From Patescibacteria group bacterium (GTDB lineage: Bacteria; Patescibacteriota; Minisyncoccia; Minisyncoccales; PEYH01), in contig JAHIFQ010000004.1 of assembly GCA_018900835.1 (NCBI GenBank), positions 21,141-85,140 of the forward strand: 64,000 nt of DNA, given 5' to 3'. Both the position numbers and the translations under genes were made by a program. The notes beneath the pieces were generated by a model. That model was not told where the DNA came from and did not search any database. It saw only the letters and a list, made by a program, of their open reading frames with translations. Each line of letters begins with the position of its first letter. The first letter of the stretch is position 1. Shown piece by piece: positions 35,508 to 43,919 of the stretch.

Positions 35508-35720
35508 ATGAATAAAAAATTAAATAAAAGCGCTCGCAAACATATCCGTCAGGAAAAAGCTCGTATTCGCCGGGGGACTTCAGATATTAGTAAAAGAGAA
35601 GATATGATTAAACAGTTGTATGCCAAATTTGATAATACAGCGCAAAAAGAGGTGGCTCCAAAGATATTGAAAAAATCAAAAACTTTAAAAAAACCTAAAA
35701 CAGTAAAAGTTTCTGAATAA
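35508..35720 (+). CDS. small Lys/Arg-rich protein (unknown)
   Basis: ATG at 35508 (MNKKLNKSARKHIRQEKARIRRG..). Tightly packed between rtcB and the NIF3-like gene. Confidence 0.3.
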   Translation: MNKKLNKSARKHIRQEKARIRRGTSDISKREDMIKQLYAKFDNTAQKEVAPKILKKSKTLKKPKTVKVSE

Positions 35721-36667
35721 TGAAAATACAAGACATTCATGATTTAGCAGTTCAGATGGCTATGACTGCTGACCTCCGAGGCAGAGAGGCAGTAGAAAAG
35801 TTTTTAAGCAAAAAACAGCGCGATTATGAAAATTTTTCTGAAAAAGAAAAACAGGACTTTGATTTAGAAATGCTTAAAAATCCATACTCTGATTCTCGCA
35901 TTTTAAACATATCTGAAGACAAGGAAATAAAAAAGATTTTAATCGGTATAGATATAGACCCGGCCGAGCTTTTGATGGCAAAAGAAATTGGGAATATTGA
36001 TTTGATTATTTCTCATCATCCATTAGGAAAAGCGTTAGCAACTCTTCATGAAGTAATGAATCTCCAATGCGAAGTTCTTGCCAAATACGGAGTCCCGATA
36101 AATATAGCAGAGGGGCTGATGAGAGAGAAAATATCAGAAGTGGCCCGCGGCTTAAACAAGCCAAATTCTCAAAGAACAGTTGACGCAGCTAAGCTTTTGA
36201 AATCCAATTTAATCTGTCTCCATACTGTTTGTGATAATTTGGCAGCCGATTTCCTCAAAAAAATTGTTGAAAGCAAAAAACCGGAGACAGTGGGAGAACT
36301 GTTGGATATTATAGAAAAAATTCCCGAATATAAATTATCAATCAAAAATGGAATTGGACCCAAGATTTTTGTAGGCAAAAAAGACAGTCATTGCGGAAGA
36401 ATCGCTTTTACAGAGATTACCGGAGGCACAGAGGGCTCGCCAAAGCTTTATGAAAAAATGGCGCAGGCAGGGGTTGGAACCATTGTAGGAATGCATGTTT
36501 CAGAAGAGCATAAAAGAGAAGCGGAATCAGCTCATATTAATATGGTGATAGCCGGACATATGGCTTCCGATTCCCTTGGCGTGAATCTCTTTTTAGACGA
36601 ATTGGAGAAAAAAGGGATTGAAATCGTGCCTTGCTCCGGCTTGATTAGGGTCTCCCGGAATCAATAA
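35720..36667 (+). CDS. NIF3-family dinuclear-metal-centre protein
   Basis: IDLIISHHPLGKAL and VIAGHMASDSLG match the NIF3 signature regions. Confidence 0.6.
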   Translation: MKIQDIHDLAVQMAMTADLRGREAVEKFLSKKQRDYENFSEKEKQDFDLEMLKNPYSDSRILNISEDKEIKKILIGIDIDPAELLMAKEIGNIDLIISHHPLGKALATLHEVMNLQCEVLAKYGVPINIAEGLMREKISEVARGLNKPNSQRTVDAAKLLKSNLICLHTVCDNLAADFLKKIVESKKPETVGELLDIIEKIPEYKLSIKNGIGPKIFVGKKDSHCGRIAFTEITGGTEGSPKLYEKMAQAGVGTIVGMHVSEEHKREAESAHINMVIAGHMASDSLGVNLFLDELEKKGIEIVPCSGLIRVSRNQ

Positions 36668-36813
36668 TCAATTATGTATGAAAAAATATTTTTCCAAACA
36701 AGCGAAAAAAGGAAAAGCAGGTAATACTGCTTTTAGAACTCCATCTCCCTTTATAGGCAGAAAGTGCCAAATAAAACGCAAAATAATCCAAGGAAAGTAA
36801 AATCAAGGCAGAT

Positions 36814-38415
36814 TTATTGCAGTTTTTTTATCATATAAGTTTGCTTCAGTCCATATCCTAATTTTCTGTAATAACCCCTCACTCCAACTCCGGATATCAC
36901 AGCGATATTTTTCAAGCCGAATTCTTTTTTAATAATTCTTTCTGCTTCCTGCATCAATTTTTTACCAAGCCCTCGGTGCTGGGGAGCTTTTATTTTTCGG
37001 GATATTGGCACTAATTTTCCGTAAGTGTGAATTTCCCTTACAATGCCTGAATTTTTTAGAACAGGCAAAACAATCTCGCCAGGTATTCTTAACCGCAACA
37101 AGCTGTGGAGCAGAGTTCGGTTTTTATTCTCAAAACTTAAAAATATTTCTTTTCCATTAGACGCTTCATAATCAGTTCGGAAAAGATATATTTTTTCTTT
37201 TGGATTGTAGTTGTCTTTAACTTCCCTGCACCTAATGCACTTACATTGCCATCCTTGCTGTTTTGATATTTTTTCTATCATCTGCCTTAAATTAGATGTT
37301 TTAGTTCCGCCCTGTATTATATATTGGGACGGAATATCCCTAATAATTCTTTGTATCCGACAGTAATATGGGACTGTCTTTTTGATTGCGATTATGATTT
37401 CCAAAAGTTGTTTTTCTGTGTAGGGCTTATATTCTCGTTCTTCCCAGATATCATACAAAGGAGCTTCTCTTAATAATGCGCAGGGATATATTTTTAAATA
37501 ATCAGGCCTAAAATCTGGATTTGAGAAAAGTTGTTCAAACATCTCAACATCCTTGTTCGGGTCAGACCCCAACAGGTTTGGCATCATCTGAAAACAAATT
37601 TTAAATCCAGCGTCTTTTAAGAGTTGAGTTGCCTTTATTGTTGCGTCAATATTATGCCCCCTTTTATTTATTTTTAAAATATTGTCATAGATGCTCTGAA
37701 CTCCGAGCTCAACCCTGGTCATCCCAAGTTCCCTTAATCGTTTTATTTCTTTTTTATCAATAAAGTCCGGTCTTGTTTCAATTGTAATTCCGATTATCCT
37801 GTGTCCCGCCTTTTCATTTTCTTTTTGTATTTGTTTTAGGTTTTTATTTTTTGCATGTGGTTTTGGCTTTTGGTTTTTTTGTTTTTGATTGTAGTTGTTC
37901 GCTCCCTTAAAACATTCTTTAATAAACCAATTTTGATAATTTTTCGGGTAAAACGACCATGTTCCGCCGATAATTCTTAAATCAATTTTATCTGTTGGGT
38001 GGCCGATTGCCTCAAGCGCGCGAATCCGCAATTGAACTTGTTTATATGGGTTATATTCGCATCTAATCGCCCTTGCCACTGCTGGCTCTTCTTTAAGATA
38101 GCTTTTCGGCGCATTAGCTTGGGAAGGGCAGTAAATACATTTTCCCGGACAAGGAAATGGTTTTGTAAGGACAGAAACAATAACTATCCCTGAAAGCGAC
38201 CGGATTTTTTTAATCCGCAAAGCTTCCTCAATTTTCTGGCTTGGCCTTATTCTTTTATCTTTGATTAAGGTGTGATAAGCTTCTAATAATTGGGAGTTTG
38301 GAATCATTTTCGCGCTTTTTTTCTTGGAATAAGAACGCTTCAATGAACTCAAAATCTCGGGGCTTAAATCCTTTTCTTTAAAAAGAGCGATAATGATTTC
38401 TTTTGCCAATTCCAT
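36814..38415 (-). CDS. elp3: Elp3-type radical-SAM / GNAT enzyme (tRNA U34 carboxymethylation family)
   Basis: 533 aa. Radical-SAM cluster motif FPCPGKCIYCP, TIM-barrel region ..ITIETRPD..RVELGVQS.., and a C-terminal GNAT QHRGLGKKLMQEAERI. Confidence 0.75.
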   Translation of the reverse strand: MELAKEIIIALFKEKDLSPEILSSLKRSYSKKKSAKMIPNSQLLEAYHTLIKDKRIRPSQKIEEALRIKKIRSLSGIVIVSVLTKPFPCPGKCIYCPSQANAPKSYLKEEPAVARAIRCEYNPYKQVQLRIRALEAIGHPTDKIDLRIIGGTWSFYPKNYQNWFIKECFKGANNYNQKQKNQKPKPHAKNKNLKQIQKENEKAGHRIIGITIETRPDFIDKKEIKRLRELGMTRVELGVQSIYDNILKINKRGHNIDATIKATQLLKDAGFKICFQMMPNLLGSDPNKDVEMFEQLFSNPDFRPDYLKIYPCALLREAPLYDIWEEREYKPYTEKQLLEIIIAIKKTVPYYCRIQRIIRDIPSQYIIQGGTKTSNLRQMIEKISKQQGWQCKCIRCREVKDNYNPKEKIYLFRTDYEASNGKEIFLSFENKNRTLLHSLLRLRIPGEIVLPVLKNSGIVREIHTYGKLVPISRKIKAPQHRGLGKKLMQEAERIIKKEFGLKNIAVISGVGVRGYYRKLGYGLKQTYMIKKLQ

Positions 38416-38418
38416 ATT

Positions 38419-39120
38419 ATGAAAAAAGATTTTGCTGAATATTTATTGGATAAGACAAGGCAGGACTATGATGTGATTGCAGATGATTTTGATAAAAAGC
38501 GAGATTATATTCCTCCTGATTTTGCGATTTTACAGGACTATATTAATGAAGGAGACAAGATTCTGGATTTAGGATGCGGAAATGGGCGGTTCAAGGAAGT
38601 GGTCGGGGATAATGTTGATTATCGCGGAGTTGATGTTTCCGGCGCCTTAATACGAATCGCTAAAGCCAAATATCCAGATGCCAAGTTTTTTGTCAGCAAG
38701 CCATTATCTCTGCCTTTTGAGGATAATTTTTTTGACAAAGTATTTTGCTTGGCTGTTTTCCATCATATCCCGTCAAGCGCTATAAGAAAAGAGTTTTTAA
38801 AGGAAGTGAGGCGGGTTTTAAGACCAGAAGGCAGGATTGTCTTAACTGTTTGGGATTTAAATGATAACAAGAAAGCGAGACGACTTTTATTAAAATATAT
38901 TTTGCTTAAATTAATAGGCAGAACAAAGCTTGATTTCAAAGATATTTTTTATCCTTGGAAAAACAGCGCTGGCAAGCTTGTTATAAACAGATATATTCAT
39001 ATTTTTTCAGAAAAGGAGTTGGAAAAGATTATTGAAAGCGCGGGATTTGTAATAAAAGAAAAAGGAATTTTAGAAAGAAGCAAAAAAGGAAAAAACATTT
39101 TCATAATCGCCCAAAAATAA
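38419..39120 (+). CDS. class I SAM-dependent methyltransferase, Trm9/ALKBH8-MT-like
   Basis: YDVIADDFDKKRDYIPPDF..ILDLGCGNGRF..LPFEDNFFDKVFCLAVFHHIPS..RVLRPEGRIVLTVW..DIFYPW..NRYIHIFSEKELEKI follows the Trm9 pattern block by block. Confidence 0.55.
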   Translation: MKKDFAEYLLDKTRQDYDVIADDFDKKRDYIPPDFAILQDYINEGDKILDLGCGNGRFKEVVGDNVDYRGVDVSGALIRIAKAKYPDAKFFVSKPLSLPFEDNFFDKVFCLAVFHHIPSSAIRKEFLKEVRRVLRPEGRIVLTVWDLNDNKKARRLLLKYILLKLIGRTKLDFKDIFYPWKNSAGKLVINRYIHIFSEKELEKIIESAGFVIKEKGILERSKKGKNIFIIAQK

Positions 39121-39150
39121 TTTTGGAAACCAGGTTTCCAAAATGATTTA

Positions 39151-39222
39151 GTCCCTGTGGTTCAATGGATAAAACACCTCCCTCCGGAGGAGGAAATGGC
39201 TGTTCGAATCAGCCCAGGGACA
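39151..39222 (+). tRNA. tRNA-Arg (anticodon CCG)
   Basis: Cloverleaf: acceptor GTCCCTG/CAGGGAC, anticodon arm CCTCC-CTCCGGA-GGAGG, T arm GGCTG-TTCGAAT-CAGCC, discriminator A. CCA is not encoded. Confidence 0.85.
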
Positions 39223-39253
39223 CAAGATTCGAACCCTACCCCCGGAGCAATAT

Positions 39254-39283
39254 TTGACACAATCTTTGTAGTTAATATATAAT
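39254..39283 (+). promoter_or_regulatory. consensus promoter, leaderless geometry
   Basis: TTGACA (39254-39259), 18-nt spacer, TATAAT (39278-39283); ATG at 39290. Confidence 0.5.
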
Positions 39284-39289
39284 AAAAAT

Positions 39290-39538
39290 ATGTTAACCCA
39301 AGAAGATATACAAAAAATAGCAGAAGTCTGTGCTACGAAAGAGGATATAAAAGAGATGAGAGAAGATATTAATGGGCTGAGAGAATCAGTACAATTTTTA
39401 GTAATTTCCGTAGATGGTTTAGTAAAAGCTATCTCTGATTTGAAGACAGAATATATTAGCATAACTTCTCAAATAGATAGACACGATAAGTGGATTCAAT
39501 TATTAGCCGAGAAATTAAATCTGAAGTTAGAATATTAG
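39290..39538 (+). CDS. 82-aa coiled-coil protein (unknown)
   Basis: MLTQEDIQKIAEVCATKEDIKEMREDINGLRESV.. Has its own promoter and a weak terminator (CACTA-TTT-TAGTG + T7 at 39548-39567). Confidence 0.4.
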   Translation: MLTQEDIQKIAEVCATKEDIKEMREDINGLRESVQFLVISVDGLVKAISDLKTEYISITSQIDRHDKWIQLLAEKLNLKLEY

Positions 39539-39743
39539 TTAAAGGACCACTATTTTAGTGTTTTTTTATTTTTATGAACGCATAAAATAATTCTAACATC
39601 GTCTAATCTGCGGAGCTGATAAAAACAATAGTGAGTGGCAGGGTGGAGTAGATTAGGGAGCAGTCAAAGTTGGTATCTCAAACCACTCTTTTGTGGTCTG
39701 CCAGTAGGTTCGAACGTCGTCCGCTTCCCGGAGCCAATGTGTA

Positions 39744-39773
39744 CAGATAGAAGCGAGAGCTTCTGTTTTTTTT
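39744..39773 (+). terminator. strong plus-strand intrinsic terminator with no annotated gene upstream
   Basis: AGAAGC-GAGA-GCTTCT, with an extended stem, followed by T8. Confidence 0.65.
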
Positions 39774-39828
39774 AAAAACTGTCACGGATGGAAAAATCTA
39801 CAAAAATCAATTATTGAAATAATTTAGT

Positions 39829-41619
39829 TTATTTATTTCTGCTTGCCTTAGTTCTTCCGTTTTCGGTTAGAAATTGTTTTCTTAAACGAATGTTAAGTGG
39901 AGTAATTTCTAAGTATTCATCTTGGTTCATAATCCCAATGCCTTTCTCGAGCGTTAGTTTCACTGGAGGCGTTAAAGTAATTGCCTCGTCAGATCCTGAA
40001 GCGCGCATATTTGATAATTCTTTCCCTTTTGTTGGATTTACAGTTAAGTCATGTCCCTTCGCCGTGTTTCCAATAACCATTCCTTCATATACCTCTGTGC
40101 TCGGCTTAATATATAAAGTTCCTCTATTTTGAAGATTAAAAAGAGAGAACCCAAGAGTTTTTCCGGTTGCCATTGAAATCATTGACCCCATATCATTTTT
40201 TTTGATATCTCCAACATAGGGCTTAAATCCTATGATTTGAGCATAAATAATCCCTTCGCCTCTAGTATCAACTATAAATTCATTGCGATATCCAAGTAAT
40301 CCCCTGACTGGAATCTCAAAAATAATTTTTACATTACTACGCTTGGACATTATTTTAATCATTTTGCCGCATCGACTCGAAAGTTTTTTAATAACAGTTC
40401 CAGACATTTCTTTGGGCACAATGATGGTAACCTCTTCAAACGGTTCCAGCTTTATGCCATCTTTTTCTTTGATAATTACATGTGGTTGTGATATTTGCAT
40501 TTCATAACCTTCGCGACGCATATTTTCAAGCAGGATTGCGATATGCATTTCACCCCTGCCATAGATTTTATAATAATCAAGAGCAGAAAAGTCAATTTTT
40601 AAACCAACATTAACCTCTAATTCTTTTATTAATCTTTTTTTAAGTTGGTTATTTGTGACATATTTTCCGTCTTGCCCAGCAAACGGGGAGTTGTTTACCA
40701 ATAAATTTAACGAGATTGTTGGTTCGTCAATACTAATAGCTGGCAAAGCTTTTTGTTCCACATCCACGCAAATAGTTTCTCCAATAAATATATTAGGAAG
40801 ACCGGCAATCATTATGATGTCTCCGGTAAAACCTTCTTCAATTTCTTTTCTTTTTAATCCCTCAAAAGTAAACAATTTTGTGATTTTGCCTTCACGAGTT
40901 TCACCCTTTATATCTTTAATGATTATATTAGAGTTGTTTTTTATTTTTCCTTCATAAATTCTTCCAATCGCGAGTCGTCCCATAAAGTTATCATAAGCAA
41001 GATTAAAGGGTTGCATGCGAAGAGGTTTATTTCTTGCTTTTTCATTGGAAGAGATAGATACTTCTTTCAAAATTGTATCTAGGAGGGGAGTCAAATCTTT
41101 AGAATCATCATCTATCCCTATTTTGGCAATGCCATCTCGAGCGATAGCATAAATTGTAGTAAATTCCAGCTGTTCATCGCTTGCTTCTAAATCAAGGAAA
41201 AGCTCATAAATCATTTCTTGCACAATATCGGGTCTTGCTGCAGGCTTATCTATTTTATTCAGCACTACAATTGGTTTCAGTCCCAATTCAAGTGATTTTT
41301 TCAAAACAAATTTTGTTTGAGGCATTGGGCCTTCTTGGGCGTCAACTACTAAAATGACAGAATCTATAGAACGCAAAACACGCTCAACTTCTGAACCAAA
41401 GTCAGCGTGGCCTGGCGTATCCACAATATTTATCTTTGTATTCTTGTAATAAACAGAGGTATTTTTTGAATAGATTGTCATTCCTCTTTCCTTTTCAAGA
41501 ACATCACTATCCATGCTGTCCCCGATCTCTGACATTCCTGTTTGCCGCATTAATGCGTCAGTAAGGGCTGTCTTGCCGTGGTCAACATGAGCGATAATTG
41601 CAATATTTCTTATTTCCAT
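39829..41619 (-). CDS. typA: translational GTPase TypA/BipA
   Basis: [34 protein letters not shown]; ~600 aa with an EF-G-like domain order. Confidence 0.95.
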   Translation of the reverse strand: MEIRNIAIIAHVDHGKTALTDALMRQTGMSEIGDSMDSDVLEKERGMTIYSKNTSVYYKNTKINIVDTPGHADFGSEVERVLRSIDSVILVVDAQEGPMPQTKFVLKKSLELGLKPIVVLNKIDKPAARPDIVQEMIYELFLDLEASDEQLEFTTIYAIARDGIAKIGIDDDSKDLTPLLDTILKEVSISSNEKARNKPLRMQPFNLAYDNFMGRLAIGRIYEGKIKNNSNIIIKDIKGETREGKITKLFTFEGLKRKEIEEGFTGDIIMIAGLPNIFIGETICVDVEQKALPAISIDEPTISLNLLVNNSPFAGQDGKYVTNNQLKKRLIKELEVNVGLKIDFSALDYYKIYGRGEMHIAILLENMRREGYEMQISQPHVIIKEKDGIKLEPFEEVTIIVPKEMSGTVIKKLSSRCGKMIKIMSKRSNVKIIFEIPVRGLLGYRNEFIVDTRGEGIIYAQIIGFKPYVGDIKKNDMGSMISMATGKTLGFSLFNLQNRGTLYIKPSTEVYEGMVIGNTAKGHDLTVNPTKGKELSNMRASGSDEAITLTPPVKLTLEKGIGIMNQDEYLEITPLNIRLRKQFLTENGRTKASRNK

Positions 41620-41825
41620 AAAAATTAAAACCGCCTTTATAAAGCGGTAAAACAGCTTTAAATTATGCGAATCTCTATACTTTATTTATACTACAAAATT
41701 TTTAAAAGGTCAATCTCTTCCATTTTTTAAAATGGCGTTAACTCTGGTTTTTGACACTATTTTTTATTATAATATACAAATATGGCAAGATTATTAAGAA
41801 TAACTCTTCCAAAATTAGCTCAATA

Positions 41826-41868
41826 TCCGGAGTAGGAGATAGCTGTTCGAATCAGCCAAGAGACACAA
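41826..41868 (+). pseudogene. degenerate copy of the 3' half of tRNA-Arg(CCG)
   Basis: TCCGGAGTAGGAGATAGCTGTTCGAATCAGCCAAGAGACACAA versus tRNA 39183-39225 TCCGGAGGAGGAAATGGCTGTTCGAATCAGCCCAGGGACACAA (38/43 by eye). The match continues 3 nt past the tRNA end. No intact cloverleaf. Confidence 0.5.
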
Positions 41869-41902
41869 CTAAATTAGAGATGTTTATTATTTTTGTTTAA
41901 AT

Positions 41903-42634
41903 ATGATCATAAGAGAGGTTCGGCCAAAAACCATTTTATCTAAATCCAAAATTTTCCCTTATGTTATTAATCCATATGTTGGCTGTGAGCATAGTTGTTC
42001 GTATTGCTATGCTCGTTTTATGAAAAGGTTTACAGGATACAAGGAACCATGGGGCCAATTTGTTGATGTTAAAATTAATGCCCCTGATTTGTTGAGGTCG
42101 GAAGTTGGCAGGAAAAAACAAGACAAGGTTTGGATAAGCGGAGTATGCGACCCATATCAGCCAATAGAAGAGAAATACAAGCTTACGCGCCAATGTTTAG
42201 AGATATTGGCGTGTGCTGGCTGGCCAGTGGTGATTCAGACAAAATCCCTTTTAGTTTTGCGGGACATGGATATTTTGAAAAAAGGGAAAAATTTTGAGGT
42301 TGGTTTCAGTATTGCCACAGCTGATGATAGTGTTAGAAGAATTTTTGAACCTCAAGCCCCTCCAATAAAAGACAGAATTAGGGCGCTTGATAAATTGCAT
42401 AGCGCTGGCATAAGGACCTATGTTATGATTGCGCCGATACTTCCGGGGACAGTAGGCCTTCCAGAAATGCTCGCAGGAAAAGTTGACTATGCGATAATTG
42501 ATAGAATGAATTATCATTATGCTGATTGGGTATATTCGAAATACGGATTGGAAAACAAAATGACTGACGACTTTTTTTGCCAGACAGAGCAGAATCTTTC
42601 TTCAACATTTGCGAAATTGGGAATCAGTTGTTGA
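41903..42634 (+). CDS. radical SAM protein (SPL/DNA-photolyase-like family)
   Basis: NPYVGCEHSCSYCYARF CxxxCxxC motif near the N-terminus; 243 aa. Confidence 0.7.
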   Translation: MIIREVRPKTILSKSKIFPYVINPYVGCEHSCSYCYARFMKRFTGYKEPWGQFVDVKINAPDLLRSEVGRKKQDKVWISGVCDPYQPIEEKYKLTRQCLEILACAGWPVVIQTKSLLVLRDMDILKKGKNFEVGFSIATADDSVRRIFEPQAPPIKDRIRALDKLHSAGIRTYVMIAPILPGTVGLPEMLAGKVDYAIIDRMNYHYADWVYSKYGLENKMTDDFFCQTEQNLSSTFAKLGISC

Positions 42635-42659
42635 AATACGCTTTATTTACAATGAGTTT

Positions 42660-42751
42660 GCAACGAGACCCGGCCTCGTTGCGAGTTTGGAAACCAGGTT
42701 TCCAAGATGAGGCTTCCAAAATGATAGATACAAAGAATCGCTTTTTGAGCG
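42660..42751 (+). repeat. 92-bp direct repeat R1, left copy
   Basis: GCAACGAGACCCGGCCTCGTTGCGAGTTTGGAAACCAGGTTTCCAAGATGAGGCTTCCAAAATGATAGATACAAAGAATCGCTTTTTGAGCG. 89/92 identical to 43920-44011, exactly 1260 bp away. Confidence 0.9.
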
Positions 42752-42876
42752 TATATGTCTAAGAGGTTTATTGAATGACTAGAATAGATTAATAACCCAG
42801 CCCCAAATCTTCAAAATATTAAAATCAGGTCAAAACCGTGAAAAACTATCAAAAATCGTATTTTTTCACGGTTTTA

Positions 42877-42904
42877 TTGACAAAAACGTGAAAGAAACTA
42901 TAAT
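42877..42904 (+). promoter_or_regulatory. consensus promoter for the Fic gene (leaderless geometry) preceded by a 14-bp inverted repeat
   Basis: TTGACA (42877-42882), 16-nt spacer, TATAAT (42899-42904); ATG at 42913. The inverted repeat AAAACCGTGAAAAA (42832-42845) / TTTTTCACGGTTTT (42862-42875) abuts the -35 box. Confidence 0.55.
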
Positions 42905-42912
42905 ATAGACAT

Positions 42913-43785
42913 ATGACTAAAGTATTAAGTGTTTTCAATAAAATAAACTCATTGCGCGAGAGATATTATAAGGCGTCTATTGGAAAAGAGGCGCTTATTA
43001 AACTTATCAATGAAGCTGAGATTCCTGAGCAAGTGTATAACTCAAACGCAATTGAGAACAGCGCGCTTACATTGGAAGAAACAGAAAAGATTCTGCTTAA
43101 GATTGACCTTGATAGATTTATTAGTGAACGAGAAATATTTGAAGCAAAAAATCTTGCTAATGTGGTTTTATATATAGATAAACGAGCAAAGGAACAAGAA
43201 ATAAATCTTGATGTTATTTTATTGCTTCATAAAATGCTTATTTCAAATATTCGTGATGATGTTGCGGGCAGATTTCGTAAGTCTGGAGAATATGTGAGAG
43301 TGGGAAGCCATATTGCGCCAAGATCAGAGGAAATAATAGAGCGATTAGAAAAGATGTTGATGGAATATAATGCTAGCGGTGATCAAAATATTATTAAACG
43401 AATTGCGAGATTGCATCTTGATTTTGAGCACACACATCCTTTCTGTGATGGTAATGGTCGCATAGGAAGAGTTATAAATAATTATCTATTAATACGAGAA
43501 GGCTTTGTGCCAATAAATATTAAATTTATTGATAGAAAAAAGTATTATAATGCTTTTAAAGAATTTGATGAGAAAGGCAAAACAGAGATAATGGAAGAGA
43601 TTGTAGCTAAGGCTCTTACTAATAGTTATTATAAACGATTAGCATACTTGGAGAGCAGGAAGATAATGACACTAATTGATTATGCTAAAGAGAAAAAACT
43701 TTCTCATTCAAATCTTATTAATAAAGCTACGCGTCAAACAATAGAAGCTTTTTTGGAAAAAGGAATTTGGAAAATTGGAGCATGA
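42913..43785 (+). CDS. fic: Fic/DOC-family protein (AMPylase-type)
   Basis: Fic motif HTHPFCDGNGRIGRVINN (HxFx(D/E)GNGRxxR). Confidence 0.85.
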   Translation: MTKVLSVFNKINSLRERYYKASIGKEALIKLINEAEIPEQVYNSNAIENSALTLEETEKILLKIDLDRFISEREIFEAKNLANVVLYIDKRAKEQEINLDVILLLHKMLISNIRDDVAGRFRKSGEYVRVGSHIAPRSEEIIERLEKMLMEYNASGDQNIIKRIARLHLDFEHTHPFCDGNGRIGRVINNYLLIREGFVPINIKFIDRKKYYNAFKEFDEKGKTEIMEEIVAKALTNSYYKRLAYLESRKIMTLIDYAKEKKLSHSNLINKATRQTIEAFLEKGIWKIGA

Positions 43786-43919
43786 TTATGCATTATAAAC
43801 AAATCATATTTTAATAACCAAACACCAAATCTTTGAAATTCTAAAATCAGGCCGAAACGCCTTCTGCTGGTAGCGGTAATACTTTTTTATTGAATCAATA
43901 TATTCAACATTCAAATGTC

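Noticed and set aside
36678-36800. Unannotated 40-aa basic ORF (MKKYFSKQAKKGKAGNTAFRTPSPFIGRKCQIKRKIIQGK) between the NIF3-like gene and elp3.
   Set aside because: No promoter, recognisable family or other support was found. It could be real, but the sequence alone cannot support it.
39148-39462. 104-aa minus-strand ORF.
   Set aside because: It overlaps the complete tRNA-Arg gene and the plus-strand promoter and ORF, so it is a spurious frame.
39690-39725. tRNA or tRNA-like gene suggested by GGTTCGAAC.
   Set aside because: The flanks do not form a 5-bp T stem on either strand, and no acceptor/anticodon cloverleaf could be drawn.
41620-41825. Promoter call from TTGACA...TATAAT near 41740-41785.
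   Set aside because: The spacer between the two hexamers is only about 11 nt, which is not a functional sigma70 geometry.
42577-42762. 61-aa plus-strand ORF spanning repeat R1.
   Set aside because: It is made almost entirely of the non-coding R1 repeat (hairpin plus palindrome). The second R1 copy does not preserve the frame context.
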